A program made the position numbers and the translations under genes. 64,000 nucleotides of DNA from Promethearchaeota archaeon (GTDB lineage: Archaea > Asgardarchaeota > Lokiarchaeia > Sigyniarchaeales > SOKP01): contig JAHLWS010000031.1 in assembly GCA_019057795.1 (NCBI GenBank), positions 1-64,000 on the forward strand, read 5' to 3'. This document shows positions 50,007-59,826 of this stretch, one piece after another; the first letter of the stretch is position 1; the number at the start of each line of letters is the position of its first letter. The notes under the pieces were generated by a model, which was given only the letters and a program-made list of their open reading frames with translations, had not been told where the DNA came from and did not search any database.

Positions 50007-52909
50007 CTAATATTCCGAGTTTTCTCTTTAAGCTCGATTAACTTTTTCATAGCATCAATTGGAGTCATAGAGTTAATATCGATGTCCTCGATTTTTCTAA
50101 TTATCTCTTCAATATTTTCGTTAACCGCTCTTTCTTTCAATATAATTGGTCTAAAAAAAGTAGTCTGTACAGCTACTTTTTTCTTTCTAATTTCTGGCTT
50201 GTTAGTAATCTCTGACTGATTCTTAAGGTTTGTCAGCTGTTCTTTCTTTTTTTCAACTTCAATTTTTTTTTGTTCTAATTCCCTTTCTTTTTTAATTAGT
50301 TCGGATTCGCACTCGTCCATCTCTCGCTGTTTTACATCTAAGTCTAAATTCAAACTTTCAAGCGCTTTCTTTTTTTCTTGAATAAATTTGTCGTAATAAT
50401 TGTTAGTTAATCTTCCATTACCGTTTTCTTCTACTGTAGCTTTAAAGGGATCTTTTTCCTCGATTTGGTTTAAAATTTCAAACGCTCTTATGATAACGTC
50501 ATCTGGGATTCCTGCTAGTTTCGCAATGTGAATTCCATACGATTTATCAGTGCTTCCTGGTTGTAATTTTCGAATGAAATTAATGCTTCCATCGTCATTT
50601 TCGATAATGTCTAAATGATATTTTTTTATTCTTGGTAAATTAATCTCAGTTAATTGGTGATAATGAGTACTAAATAGCGTTTTTGCCTTCAATTCGTGTA
50701 ATTTTTCGAGAGTTGCTAAAGCGATACTTTGACCGTCACTAGTGCTCGTGCCTCTTCCAAGTTCGTCTATTATAACTAGGCTTTTCTTCGTCACAAAATT
50801 TAATATCTTAGCCGTTTCAGTCATTTCTATCATAAATGTGCTTAATTTCCTCGCTAAATCATCAGACGCGCCTATACGCGTGAAAATCTGATCAATAACA
50901 CCTATAGTAGCAGATTTAGCCGGTACAAAGCACCCCATTTGAGCAATAATACAAATTAGGGCAATTTGTCGAAGATATGTTGATTTCCCAGCCATATTCG
51001 GCCCAGTAATCATTAAAATTTGCTCATTTTCCGTATCTAAATAACAATCGTTAGGAATAAACTTTTCAGATAATCTTAATTGCTCAACAACGGGATGTCT
51101 TCCCCCCTTAATCACAATTTTACCTTCGTTATTGATTTTTGGGCGACAATAGTCGTATTTTTCTGCAACTTCAGCAAAACAAGCAAGAACATCAATATAT
51201 GCTATTTTTTTAGCAGTTTCTAAGATTTTTAATGTTTCTCTTACAATCTTTTCTCTAATTACACAAAATACTTCATATTCCAAATCGTTTATCTGTTCTT
51301 CCGCTTGAACAATCTTTTCTTCTAGCTCTTTTAGTTCTTTTGTGGTGTATCTTTTCGCATTTTTGAGAGTTTGGCGTTCAATGTATTCTTCTGGTATTTT
51401 TGTGATATATCTTAGCGTTTTCAAAGTGATTTGTATATAATATCCAAGAATGTTATTATGTCCCACTTTAAAACCTGAATTTACTTTCCATCTATCTCTC
51501 TGCTGTTTTTCGTAATCAAGAACGTAATTTTTACCATTCTGGAGGATATCTCTTAATTCATCAATTTTTTCGTTAAATCCTGCCTTTATCAAATGCCCCT
51601 CTTTGACTGTGGGTGGTGCGTCGTCTTTTATAGAGACTTCAATTACACTTCGAGCTTCTCTAAAATCATCAATTTTATCAATGAATTTTGAGATTTCTGG
51701 AATTTTAGATTTTTCTAATATCTTTTTAATTTTAGGTATTTTTTCCAAAGAATTCTTTATGTTAATTAAGTCGCGAGCGTTGGAATTTCGAGAATAATTA
51801 ATTCGGTTTACAAACCTTTCAAGATCACCAATAACTTTTAGCTCTTCCCTTAATTCAGACCTTAAGAAAACATCGTCCTTAAACTTTTGAACTATATTAA
51901 TTCTTTGATTTATCTCATTTATGTCTGTTAAAGGTTGAAGGATAATTTTTTTTAATAGACGAGCACCCATAGGTGTATGAGTCTGATTAAAAATTGAATA
52001 CAATGTTGTATCCTTCCCCTTTTCCCAAAGTGAGCTAACTAATTCTAAGTTTCTTTGAGTAATATAATCTAAGTGTAAAACTTTTTCTTCACGAATGAGA
52101 TTTATTTTAAAAAGATTAGGAATTACATCCCTTTGAGTTTCTTTTAAAAAGGCTAATAAACCCCCAGAAGCTTGAACCGCCATTTCACAATTTTCTAAAT
52201 CAAAGCTATTTAAATTGGAAATGTTAAAATGTCGTTTAATTAAATCTCGCGCTTCGTCATAATTAAACACATAATCTTCGTAAGATTTAATTAAAGCATC
52301 ATTTAAATCGGTTAATAATAGAAAGAAATGTTCGTCCTTCTTTAACTCCGTAGGCACTATAACTTCAACTGGGTTGTATTGAGAGAAGATGCTTAGAATT
52401 TTTTCTAGTGGATCTTGTTTACTCTTAAAAAATTCCGTTGTAACGAATTCGCCCGTTGAGAGATCGGCGAAAGCTATTCCGAATCCCTTTCTTTCTTTAA
52501 CAATAGAACAAATATAGTTGTTTTCGTTTGATTTAAGCATATCAGGCTCGATAATAGTGCCTGGGGATAATATTCTAACTACACCTCGTTTAACTATTCT
52601 CCCCTTTACTGTGGCGGGATCCTCTAATTGTTCAACAATTACTACTGTTTCTCCTAAGTTAATTAAATTATTTAAATAAGAGCCGGCGTGATGTGGTATC
52701 CCTGCTAAGGGATATGTGTCTGATCCAATTTTTCTTTTTGTCAAAGTTATTCCTAAAAGATTTGAAACTCGAGCGGCATCGTCGTAGAAAAACTCGTAAA
52801 AATCTCCCATACGATAAGCCAATATTGTATCCGGGTATTTCTTTTTAACGGAATACCAATGTTGCATCATTGGAGTGAGTTCTTTAAATTTAATATCTTC
52901 AAAAGGCAT
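50003..52909 (-). CDS. mutS: DNA mismatch repair protein MutS
   Basis: TPMMQ, GDFYEFF, GRHPVVE, GPNMAGKST, DELGRGTS, STHYH. Confidence 0.96.
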   Translation of the reverse strand: MPFEDIKFKELTPMMQHWYSVKKKYPDTILAYRMGDFYEFFYDDAARVSNLLGITLTKRKIGSDTYPLAGIPHHAGSYLNNLINLGETVVIVEQLEDPATVKGRIVKRGVVRILSPGTIIEPDMLKSNENNYICSIVKERKGFGIAFADLSTGEFVTTEFFKSKQDPLEKILSIFSQYNPVEVIVPTELKKDEHFFLLLTDLNDALIKSYEDYVFNYDEARDLIKRHFNISNLNSFDLENCEMAVQASGGLLAFLKETQRDVIPNLFKINLIREEKVLHLDYITQRNLELVSSLWEKGKDTTLYSIFNQTHTPMGARLLKKIILQPLTDINEINQRINIVQKFKDDVFLRSELREELKVIGDLERFVNRINYSRNSNARDLINIKNSLEKIPKIKKILEKSKIPEISKFIDKIDDFREARSVIEVSIKDDAPPTVKEGHLIKAGFNEKIDELRDILQNGKNYVLDYEKQQRDRWKVNSGFKVGHNNILGYYIQITLKTLRYITKIPEEYIERQTLKNAKRYTTKELKELEEKIVQAEEQINDLEYEVFCVIREKIVRETLKILETAKKIAYIDVLACFAEVAEKYDYCRPKINNEGKIVIKGGRHPVVEQLRLSEKFIPNDCYLDTENEQILMITGPNMAGKSTYLRQIALICIIAQMGCFVPAKSATIGVIDQIFTRIGASDDLARKLSTFMIEMTETAKILNFVTKKSLVIIDELGRGTSTSDGQSIALATLEKLHELKAKTLFSTHYHQLTEINLPRIKKYHLDIIENDDGSINFIRKLQPGSTDKSYGIHIAKLAGIPDDVIIRAFEILNQIEEKDPFKATVEENGNGRLTNNYYDKFIQEKKKALESLNLDLDVKQREMDECESELIKKERELEQKKIEVEKKKEQLTNLKNQSEITNKPEIRKKKVAVQTTFFRPIILKERAVNENIEEIIRKIEDIDINSMTPIDAMKKLIELKEKTRNIS

Positions 52910-53187
52910 TTTATAATGAATTACATTACTTTCCTATAACTAACAAATATCTTAATTTAAAATTATTAGTTTTTAATTGGAATAAATTCTAATTATTAGT
53001 TTTTTAATAAATAAAAAAAAAAGGAGATATTAGATTTTTAAGACTTTTTTCTCAAGCGTTAATTCGTAAGCTTCTTGCATAGCTCCTTAATAAATATCAA
53101 TTTAAAATTTGATATTGATTTACGCTGCGATTAATATTTCCTTTTCGTCTAAACTGAAGGCGCGCTTAAATTAATTTTTAAATCTGC

Positions 53188-53219
53188 TAAGAAAATTTAT
53201 ATTAAACATATCTTTTTTT
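53188..53219 (+). repeat. 32-nt promoter block duplicated at 54117-54148
   Basis: TAAGAAAATTTATATTAAACATATCTTTTTTT precedes both enoyl-CoA hydratase genes; BRE + TATA spacing fits leaderless transcripts. Confidence 0.8.
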
Positions 53220-53225
53220 CATAAT

Positions 53226-54017
53226 ATGGACAGTCAAGATGTAATTTTATACGAAGTAAAGGGTAGAGTTGCAACAATTACTTTAAATAGACCGAAAGCA
53301 GCCCATTCCTTTAATCTAGCCTTAATGAAAGGTTTATACGCGAATCTTGTAGAAGCTGATAACGACGAGAGAGTTAAGTGTATATTGTTAAAGAGCACAG
53401 GTAATAGGGTTTTTAGCGCAGGTATCGATATCAAATCCAAATCTTTCGACGAAAACAAAGAATATTTCGAGGAAGTGAAGGATTATGGAAGAAGAAACAC
53501 GCAAAAAATGCTTATAATGAAAAAACCTATCATTGTTCAAGTCCAAGGTACCGCAATTGGGTACGGTTTGGAGTTGATAATGGCGTGCGACTTAAGAATA
53601 TTTGCTGATAGACCTAAAGAAGAGATGTTCTTTAGAATGCCAGAAATTGCTATATCTATATACCCACAAACTGGAGCGACGATTTTACCTTTGTTAGCGT
53701 TTGGTTTAACCTTTGCTAAGAATATTTTGTTTACGGCTGACGAATTTGGTTTGGAAGATTTAAAAAGATTGAACTTTCCAGTTAGAGTCTTCCCTCTTGA
53801 GAAATTAGAGCTTGAAACTAAAAAATTTGTAAAAATTTTTAGTAAAAGGATGGATTCATTCATGTTTTTGATAAAATCAACGTTAGCGATAATGAATAAC
53901 AAATTTATTGAAAACTGGTTCGATTTAGAAGATGAGTGCGGAAATATAGCGTACGATAAGAAGACAATGAAAGAATTGGATGATTTTATAAAAACTTTAT
54001 ATAAAAAGTATCCATAA
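53226..54017 (+). CDS. Enoyl-CoA hydratase/isomerase family protein
   Basis: ATITLNRP, FSAGIDI, AIGYGLEL..ACDLR, MPE. Confidence 0.9.
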   Translation: MDSQDVILYEVKGRVATITLNRPKAAHSFNLALMKGLYANLVEADNDERVKCILLKSTGNRVFSAGIDIKSKSFDENKEYFEEVKDYGRRNTQKMLIMKKPIIVQVQGTAIGYGLELIMACDLRIFADRPKEEMFFRMPEIAISIYPQTGATILPLLAFGLTFAKNILFTADEFGLEDLKRLNFPVRVFPLEKLELETKKFVKIFSKRMDSFMFLIKSTLAIMNNKFIENWFDLEDECGNIAYDKKTMKELDDFIKTLYKKYP

Positions 54018-54154
54018 ATTAACACTCTATTAACTCTTCATAAATATCAATATGTTTGTGTTCATATTTCCTTTCCGTTTGAACTGAAAACACCTTTTCA
54101 TTAATTTTTAATAAGGTAAGAAAATTTATATTAAACATATCTTTTTTTTAAACC

Positions 54155-54943
54155 ATGGATAGTCAAAAAGATATAATTTTATACGAAGTAGAGGGACATA
54201 TTGCTACAATAACGATTAATCGTCCAGATAAAGCACACTCTTTCAATGTCGAAATGTTGCAACTAATGCATACGAACTTACTGCAAGCTGATAAGAATGA
54301 GAAAGTTAAATGCATTATTATAAAGAGCACGGGGGAGAGATTTTTTTCTGCGGGTTATGACCTTAAGGAGATTCAAGGCTCTCCCGAAAACATAGAAAAA
54401 ATAAAAACATGGGGCAGAAAGGTCAACTATACGATGCTTTTTATGAAAAAAACAATTATTACTCAAGTACAAGGAATTGCAATCGGTTTTGGTGTTTTAA
54501 TGATTCTCGCATCTGACCTTAGAATTTTTGCCGATAGACCAAAAGAAGAGCTGTATATAAGGCTTCCAGAACTAGCTATTTCCGCATTTCCTCAGACTGG
54601 AGCGACGCTCTTGCCTTTATTGGCCTTTGGATTAAGTTACGCTAAATATCTGCTTTATTCTGCTGATAAAGTCGGGATTGAAGAATTGAAAAACATCAAT
54701 TTTCCAACGCGAATATTTCCGCTTGAAACCTTGGAAGCTGAAACCCGTTCATTTGTAAATCAATTAACTAAATATCAAACAGAATTTTTACTCTTTCCAA
54801 AAATGATGCTAAACATCATGAATAAGGCATATATTAAATCGTGTTTCGATCTAGAAGATGAATGTGGAAAAATTACCGATGAAAAGAAGACAATGAAAGA
54901 ATTGGATGAAATTATAAAAGACTTGTACAAAAAATATCCATAA
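54155..54943 (+). CDS. Enoyl-CoA hydratase/isomerase family protein (tandem paralog)
   Basis: ATITINRP, FSAGYDL, ASDLR, LPE; same C-terminus LYKKYP. Confidence 0.9.
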   Translation: MDSQKDIILYEVEGHIATITINRPDKAHSFNVEMLQLMHTNLLQADKNEKVKCIIIKSTGERFFSAGYDLKEIQGSPENIEKIKTWGRKVNYTMLFMKKTIITQVQGIAIGFGVLMILASDLRIFADRPKEELYIRLPELAISAFPQTGATLLPLLAFGLSYAKYLLYSADKVGIEELKNINFPTRIFPLETLEAETRSFVNQLTKYQTEFLLFPKMMLNIMNKAYIKSCFDLEDECGKITDEKKTMKELDEIIKDLYKKYP

Positions 54944-54967
54944 CTCTATTTTTCTGTTATATTTTTG

Positions 54968-55822
54968 TTATTTTTTTTTTATGTGTTTTTCTAACCAAAT
55001 ATACATATCACGAAAAACTTGTGCTCTTCCTTTTTCATTCCAAAGTTCATGAAGAAACCCGTCGTATTCCCTATATGTCTTGTCTTTACTTTTTATTTTT
55101 TCAAAGAATTCTTTGGTCGTTCCTTTTTCTACCATTTTATCTTTTCCAGCTTGCATAATGAATGTTGGGCATAGTAATTTAGAAGCGTTCTCCATCGCCC
55201 ATTTCATAGCTCTTTCCATTTCGGCAGCAGATCTCAAGGATATTTTTTCCAATTTTTTATCATCTGAAATGTGCTTGCGTAAAATTTTGAGGTCACTAGT
55301 TAAAAAGTTTTGTTCAATCACCATATCTATAGTTTTAGTTGGAGAAATTTTAGAAATGGGTCCGGCGATTTTTTTACCCAATTTTTTACTAAACGACAAG
55401 TTTACAGCAAATTTTAATAAAGGGGATGACACTAATACACCAGGTAATGCTGGATGATTAGCCGCAAAGACTAAGGCAATTAATGCACCGAACGAATGCC
55501 CCATTAAAAAGATTTTTTTATCTCCAGAGGTTTTTTTTACTAAATCCATAAAAAGAACAATATCTTTTTGAACATGCTCCATGCTATCGATATGCCCGGG
55601 GTTATTGTCGGCATTTCTCCAATGTCCTCTAATATCAAACGCGTACATAGCGTATCCATTTTCCGTTAAAGCTTCTGCGGGTACCTCCATTCTATCTGAA
55701 TGAGTTCCCCAGCCATGTAGAGCTATTATATATGCTTTGATATTACTCGAATCTGGTAGCCAGTACTGATAAAATAATCTTTTAGTCTCTCTACCTTCAA
55801 AATAACCTTTTTTATTAATCAT
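54968..55822 (-). CDS. Lysophospholipase/monoacylglycerol lipase (alpha/beta hydrolase)
   Basis: HGWG, DIRGH, GHSFG, HELWNE. Confidence 0.88.
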   Translation of the reverse strand: MINKKGYFEGRETKRLFYQYWLPDSSNIKAYIIALHGWGTHSDRMEVPAEALTENGYAMYAFDIRGHWRNADNNPGHIDSMEHVQKDIVLFMDLVKKTSGDKKIFLMGHSFGALIALVFAANHPALPGVLVSSPLLKFAVNLSFSKKLGKKIAGPISKISPTKTIDMVIEQNFLTSDLKILRKHISDDKKLEKISLRSAAEMERAMKWAMENASKLLCPTFIMQAGKDKMVEKGTTKEFFEKIKSKDKTYREYDGFLHELWNEKGRAQVFRDMYIWLEKHIKKK

Positions 55823-56023
55823 AATTACTTGCTCGTTAAATAAATTTAAAATGAATACTCTTATTATGATTTATAATCTTTTAACTTTTTATCATATTTG
55901 AAGTCATTTAATAAGTCTGATAGCCTTAAAATTAAAATTGACAAAAGTTTTTAATTTTGATAAACTCTTTAAATAGTAAGATTAATTCATAATTATAATG
56001 TTTAACCATATTAGGCTTTTAAT

Positions 56024-56611
56024 ATGAGCGAATTGGAACTGATAAAAATTGTTTTACACGGTAGAGGGGGTATGGGTGCAGTTACTGCTTGTGAGATAAT
56101 AGCTGAGGCAGCATACTTAAGTGGTAATTTCATTGATGTCCAAGCATATCCTTCGTTCGGTGCTGAGAGAAGAGGTGCCCCTGTTCAAGCGTATGTAAAA
56201 TTATCACGAACAGAAAAAGTATACGATCGCGCTCAAATTGAAAACCCAAATATTTTAATCGTATTCGATGAGACTGTTTTAACTAAAGAAGTGGCATCGT
56301 CTTTGGAAAGTAGCGGAATTTTTATAATAAATTCCGATAAAAATCCAGGGTATTTTGTTAAAGAGTATCATCTTAGCAGCAACATAAAAGTGATTGTTGC
56401 GGATATTAATAATTTGGCACTTGAAAAAAATTTAACGATAGATGGAAACCCTGTAATAAATACTCCAATATTAGGTTTACTTTCAAAAGCACTCCCAGAT
56501 CTGCACTTAGAAAATCTAAAAGACGTAGTTTTGAAAAAATTGGGCGAAAAATTAGGAAACCTTAACTACGATTTAATTGAGCAAGGTTTTAACATGGCAA
56601 AAATATTATAG
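56024..56611 (+). CDS. porC: Pyruvate/2-oxoacid:ferredoxin oxidoreductase gamma subunit
   Basis: HGRGGMG, FGAERRGAPV, NTPILG. Confidence 0.92.
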   Translation: MSELELIKIVLHGRGGMGAVTACEIIAEAAYLSGNFIDVQAYPSFGAERRGAPVQAYVKLSRTEKVYDRAQIENPNILIVFDETVLTKEVASSLESSGIFIINSDKNPGYFVKEYHLSSNIKVIVADINNLALEKNLTIDGNPVINTPILGLLSKALPDLHLENLKDVVLKKLGEKLGNLNYDLIEQGFNMAKIL

Positions 56612-56634
56612 TTCCATTTTTCAAAATACAACTT

Positions 56635-59271
56635 TTAAGATATTGGTAGTTTTACGATAAATGTACTCCCCTTATTTCTTCCTTCTGATTCCGCTCGAAT
56701 TTCACCTTTGTGTAAACCTACTATCTCTTTTGAGATATATAAACCTAACCCCGTGCCTTGGATGTCGATATATTCAAAACCCTCGCCATACCGTTCTATT
56801 TTACCAAACCTAGTGAATATGAAATCCATTTCCTCTTGAGTAAGACCTATCCCTGTATCGTTAATAGAGATTTCAGCCCAATTTCCTTTTTTTTTTAAAA
56901 CTATCTTTATGTCCCCCTTTGGAGGTGTATTTTTTATAGCATTGGATAATAAATTCATGATTACTTGTTCAATCCTAATTTTATCAATTTTCAAAAAAAG
57001 GCTCTCAGGAAGCTTAAGGTTTAAATTAGTTTTTCTCTCTCTTAATAAAAACATTAATTCTTTTGAGATATCCCGAATAAGTTCGCTCAGATCGTTAGTT
57101 TCTTTTTGTAATTTGAATTTATTATATTCAATTCTAGAAATATCAATTAAATTATCGATTAAATATTTTAATCTTTTACCTCCCTTTTCAATAAGTTCTA
57201 TTAACTCTAATTCCTCATTACTTAATTTTCCACCATACTGGGTTAAAAGGAGTTCACACCCTCCACTAATTGAAACGAGTGGTGTTTTTAATTCGTGCGA
57301 AACTCTCGAAATTAAATTTTTTCTAAGCTGATCAAGTTCCTTCAATTTTTTTAATTCCTCATCAACAAGGAACTCAGCTTCTTTTTTTTTAGTGATATCT
57401 GTAAATAACGCTTGAACATATGTTTCATCCTTGATTTTCATCAGAGCTGCTTGAAGATTTGCCCAAAAAACAGTCCCATTCTTTCTTTGTATTTGAATAT
57501 CTATTCGATGCATTTTTTCTCCTTTTACAAACTTTTTAAACAGTGCGAAAATTGTTGATAAGTAATCTGGATGTACTATTGAAAGATCCATAAACCTTTT
57601 ACCAATTAGTTCGTCTACCTTATAACCAAACATTACTTCGGTTTTTGGATTACCCTCTACAACGATACCTTGTGAATTGATTAATACTACTGAAAAAGGA
57701 GTGTTCTCATAGATATTACGATATTTTCTCTCTGATTCTTTTAATTTTTGTTCGGTAATTTTTCGTTCCGTAATATTTACAACAGTAACTAAGTTCGCAT
57801 TTCGTCCTCTAAATAAAATTGTTTTAGAGAAATTATCTAACCAAATAATTTTTTTAGATTTATTTATTAGGCGATATTGATAATAATTTTTTACATCGTT
57901 TAAACCCAACTGTTTCTTTTTAGCTTGTTCTATTACCCAATCCCTATCATCTGGATGAATTACGTTTGCAAACCAGCCAGGTTCCCAATTCTTTACTTCT
58001 TCGATAGTATATCCTAATAGATCAGCAAATTGTTGATTAATATATTTAACCAAATCATCTTGTATTACACATATGCCCAATAACGATTGTTCGGCTATAG
58101 ATCTGAACTTTTCTTCAGATTCTCTTAAATCTTGCTCTAAATTGTATTTTTCTGTAATATCGATAAAAGTTCCTTCGATACCAAATGGATTTCCTTCTTT
58201 ATCAAGCATTAAATGAGAATTTAATTGGACAACAACTTTTTTACCTTCTTTAGTTAGGGATGGGCAAATGTAATTCTTAGCATAACCATCTTTTAACATC
58301 TGTTTTAAATAACCTTCTCGATCTTCAGGAAATTGCCAAAAATCTGTTACTTTTTTACCTATGTGGCTCTCTGTTTGATCATATTCTAAAATCTTGTTAT
58401 GGGCTGGATTATGGTTTATCATCGTTCCATCTAAAGTAACTTGATAAAAACCAACATCTAGATTATTAATCATATCGCGATATTTAAGTTCAGATTCCTT
58501 TAATTTCTCTTCTGCCTTTTTTCTTTCCGTTATATCTTCTGTGCGCACAATTATTAAATCAGGACCTACATAACCGTAATTTACTAGTAAATATTTCTCT
58601 TCCTTCGAGAAATTATATTTGTACTTCATTTCTCGCGTAATGTGAATTTTTTCGTTTATACAATGTTGTAAATCGTTTAAAATATCTGGACGATCTTTGT
58701 ACATCTCAGACGCGTTAGTTCCTAAAAAAGTTTCTACATGCCCTTGAGTTATTTTATCTGCGGCGTTATTAAAATCAATGAGAACAAAATCAACTCCTAT
58801 TTTTCTCCAAGTGTAAGTAGGGATTGGACCTTCCTTAAATAAAGCTTTGAACATTTCTGCTGATTCTTTTAATTTTTGTGCTGTTTTTTTCCGTTTGGTG
58901 ATGTTTTTGGCTATTCCTAATATTCCGTACAATTTACCATTTTTTTTTAAGGGAATGCTATATGTTTCGATAAATATATAATCGCCCGTTTTTGTTTTAA
59001 GCTTGTATTCCCTCTGGGCAGATTGTTTCCCCGTTTTTTTTACTTCCTTCAATGTGTTATATGCCTTAATCAAATTATCTCTGTCAAGTAAATCAGTAAA
59101 ACTCAAGTTAGGAATGTCCTTCCTCTCGTAACCGAGAGAAATTAAAGTTAATTCGTTTGCATCTAGAAAATTACCGTATAAATCATTTACATAAATTAAA
59201 TCCAAAGAGTGTTCAAATAAATCCTTGAATTTTTCTCGAACTTCTTCTTTATTATAATCTATATCCATCAC
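56635..59271 (-). CDS. Soluble multi-PAS sensor histidine kinase
   Basis: About five PAS repeats ending DITE(R)K; SHELKTPL; NLLSNAIK, DTGIG, GTGLGL. Confidence 0.93.
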   Translation of the reverse strand: MMDIDYNKEEVREKFKDLFEHSLDLIYVNDLYGNFLDANELTLISLGYERKDIPNLSFTDLLDRDNLIKAYNTLKEVKKTGKQSAQREYKLKTKTGDYIFIETYSIPLKKNGKLYGILGIAKNITKRKKTAQKLKESAEMFKALFKEGPIPTYTWRKIGVDFVLIDFNNAADKITQGHVETFLGTNASEMYKDRPDILNDLQHCINEKIHITREMKYKYNFSKEEKYLLVNYGYVGPDLIIVRTEDITERKKAEEKLKESELKYRDMINNLDVGFYQVTLDGTMINHNPAHNKILEYDQTESHIGKKVTDFWQFPEDREGYLKQMLKDGYAKNYICPSLTKEGKKVVVQLNSHLMLDKEGNPFGIEGTFIDITEKYNLEQDLRESEEKFRSIAEQSLLGICVIQDDLVKYINQQFADLLGYTIEEVKNWEPGWFANVIHPDDRDWVIEQAKKKQLGLNDVKNYYQYRLINKSKKIIWLDNFSKTILFRGRNANLVTVVNITERKITEQKLKESERKYRNIYENTPFSVVLINSQGIVVEGNPKTEVMFGYKVDELIGKRFMDLSIVHPDYLSTIFALFKKFVKGEKMHRIDIQIQRKNGTVFWANLQAALMKIKDETYVQALFTDITKKKEAEFLVDEELKKLKELDQLRKNLISRVSHELKTPLVSISGGCELLLTQYGGKLSNEELELIELIEKGGKRLKYLIDNLIDISRIEYNKFKLQKETNDLSELIRDISKELMFLLRERKTNLNLKLPESLFLKIDKIRIEQVIMNLLSNAIKNTPPKGDIKIVLKKKGNWAEISINDTGIGLTQEEMDFIFTRFGKIERYGEGFEYIDIQGTGLGLYISKEIVGLHKGEIRAESEGRNKGSTFIVKLPIS

Positions 59272-59526
59272 CTAAAAAACTGATATTTATTCATAGTTTA
59301 TGTTTTTTTCTAAAGAGATAATGAAAGTGCTGAATATAAATTTCTTTCTTTTTCGAAAGGCTAACATTTTTTTTTAATAATGTTATATAAGTAGATTAAT
59401 CGCCTTTTCTTAGATAATTTATTTGAGTTCTATTAAATAGCCCTATTTTAATTAATCGGAAGAGTTTTATTTTAATAAGTTATTAATTTTTATAGTGGCT
59501 TTTATTCATTAATTAGTGTGATATCT

Positions 59527-59826
59527 ATGGTTAATGCGAAAAAGGATTATCAAAAAATTTTAGGTTCCGTTCAAAAACCCGTAAAGGGAGAAGCTGGGAA
59601 AACTGGCACATGGAGCCCTAAAAAACCCGTAATTGATTTAGAAAAATGCATTCCGGTAAAATCGGGAAAACCTAGCTGTTTTAATTGTTGGCTATATTGC
59701 CCAGAAGCAGTAGTATCTAGGACTATTCCTCCTAAAATAGATTTAGAATATTGTAAAGGATGTGGGATTTGTATGGAAGAATGCCCTGTAAATGCAATTG
59801 AAATGGTAGAGGTGAAAATTGAATGA
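59527..59826 (+). CDS. porD: 2-oxoacid:ferredoxin oxidoreductase delta subunit
   Basis: KTGTW..KKP, CWLYCPE, YCKGCGICMEECP. Confidence 0.92.
   Translation: MVNAKKDYQKILGSVQKPVKGEAGKTGTWSPKKPVIDLEKCIPVKSGKPSCFNCWLYCPEAVVSRTIPPKIDLEYCKGCGICMEECPVNAIEMVEVKIE

Noticed and set aside
59648-59666. Hairpin TTCCGGT-AAA-ATCGGGA in the porD CxxC insertion as an intron
   Set aside because: Flanks do not form a BHB and the frame is uninterrupted.
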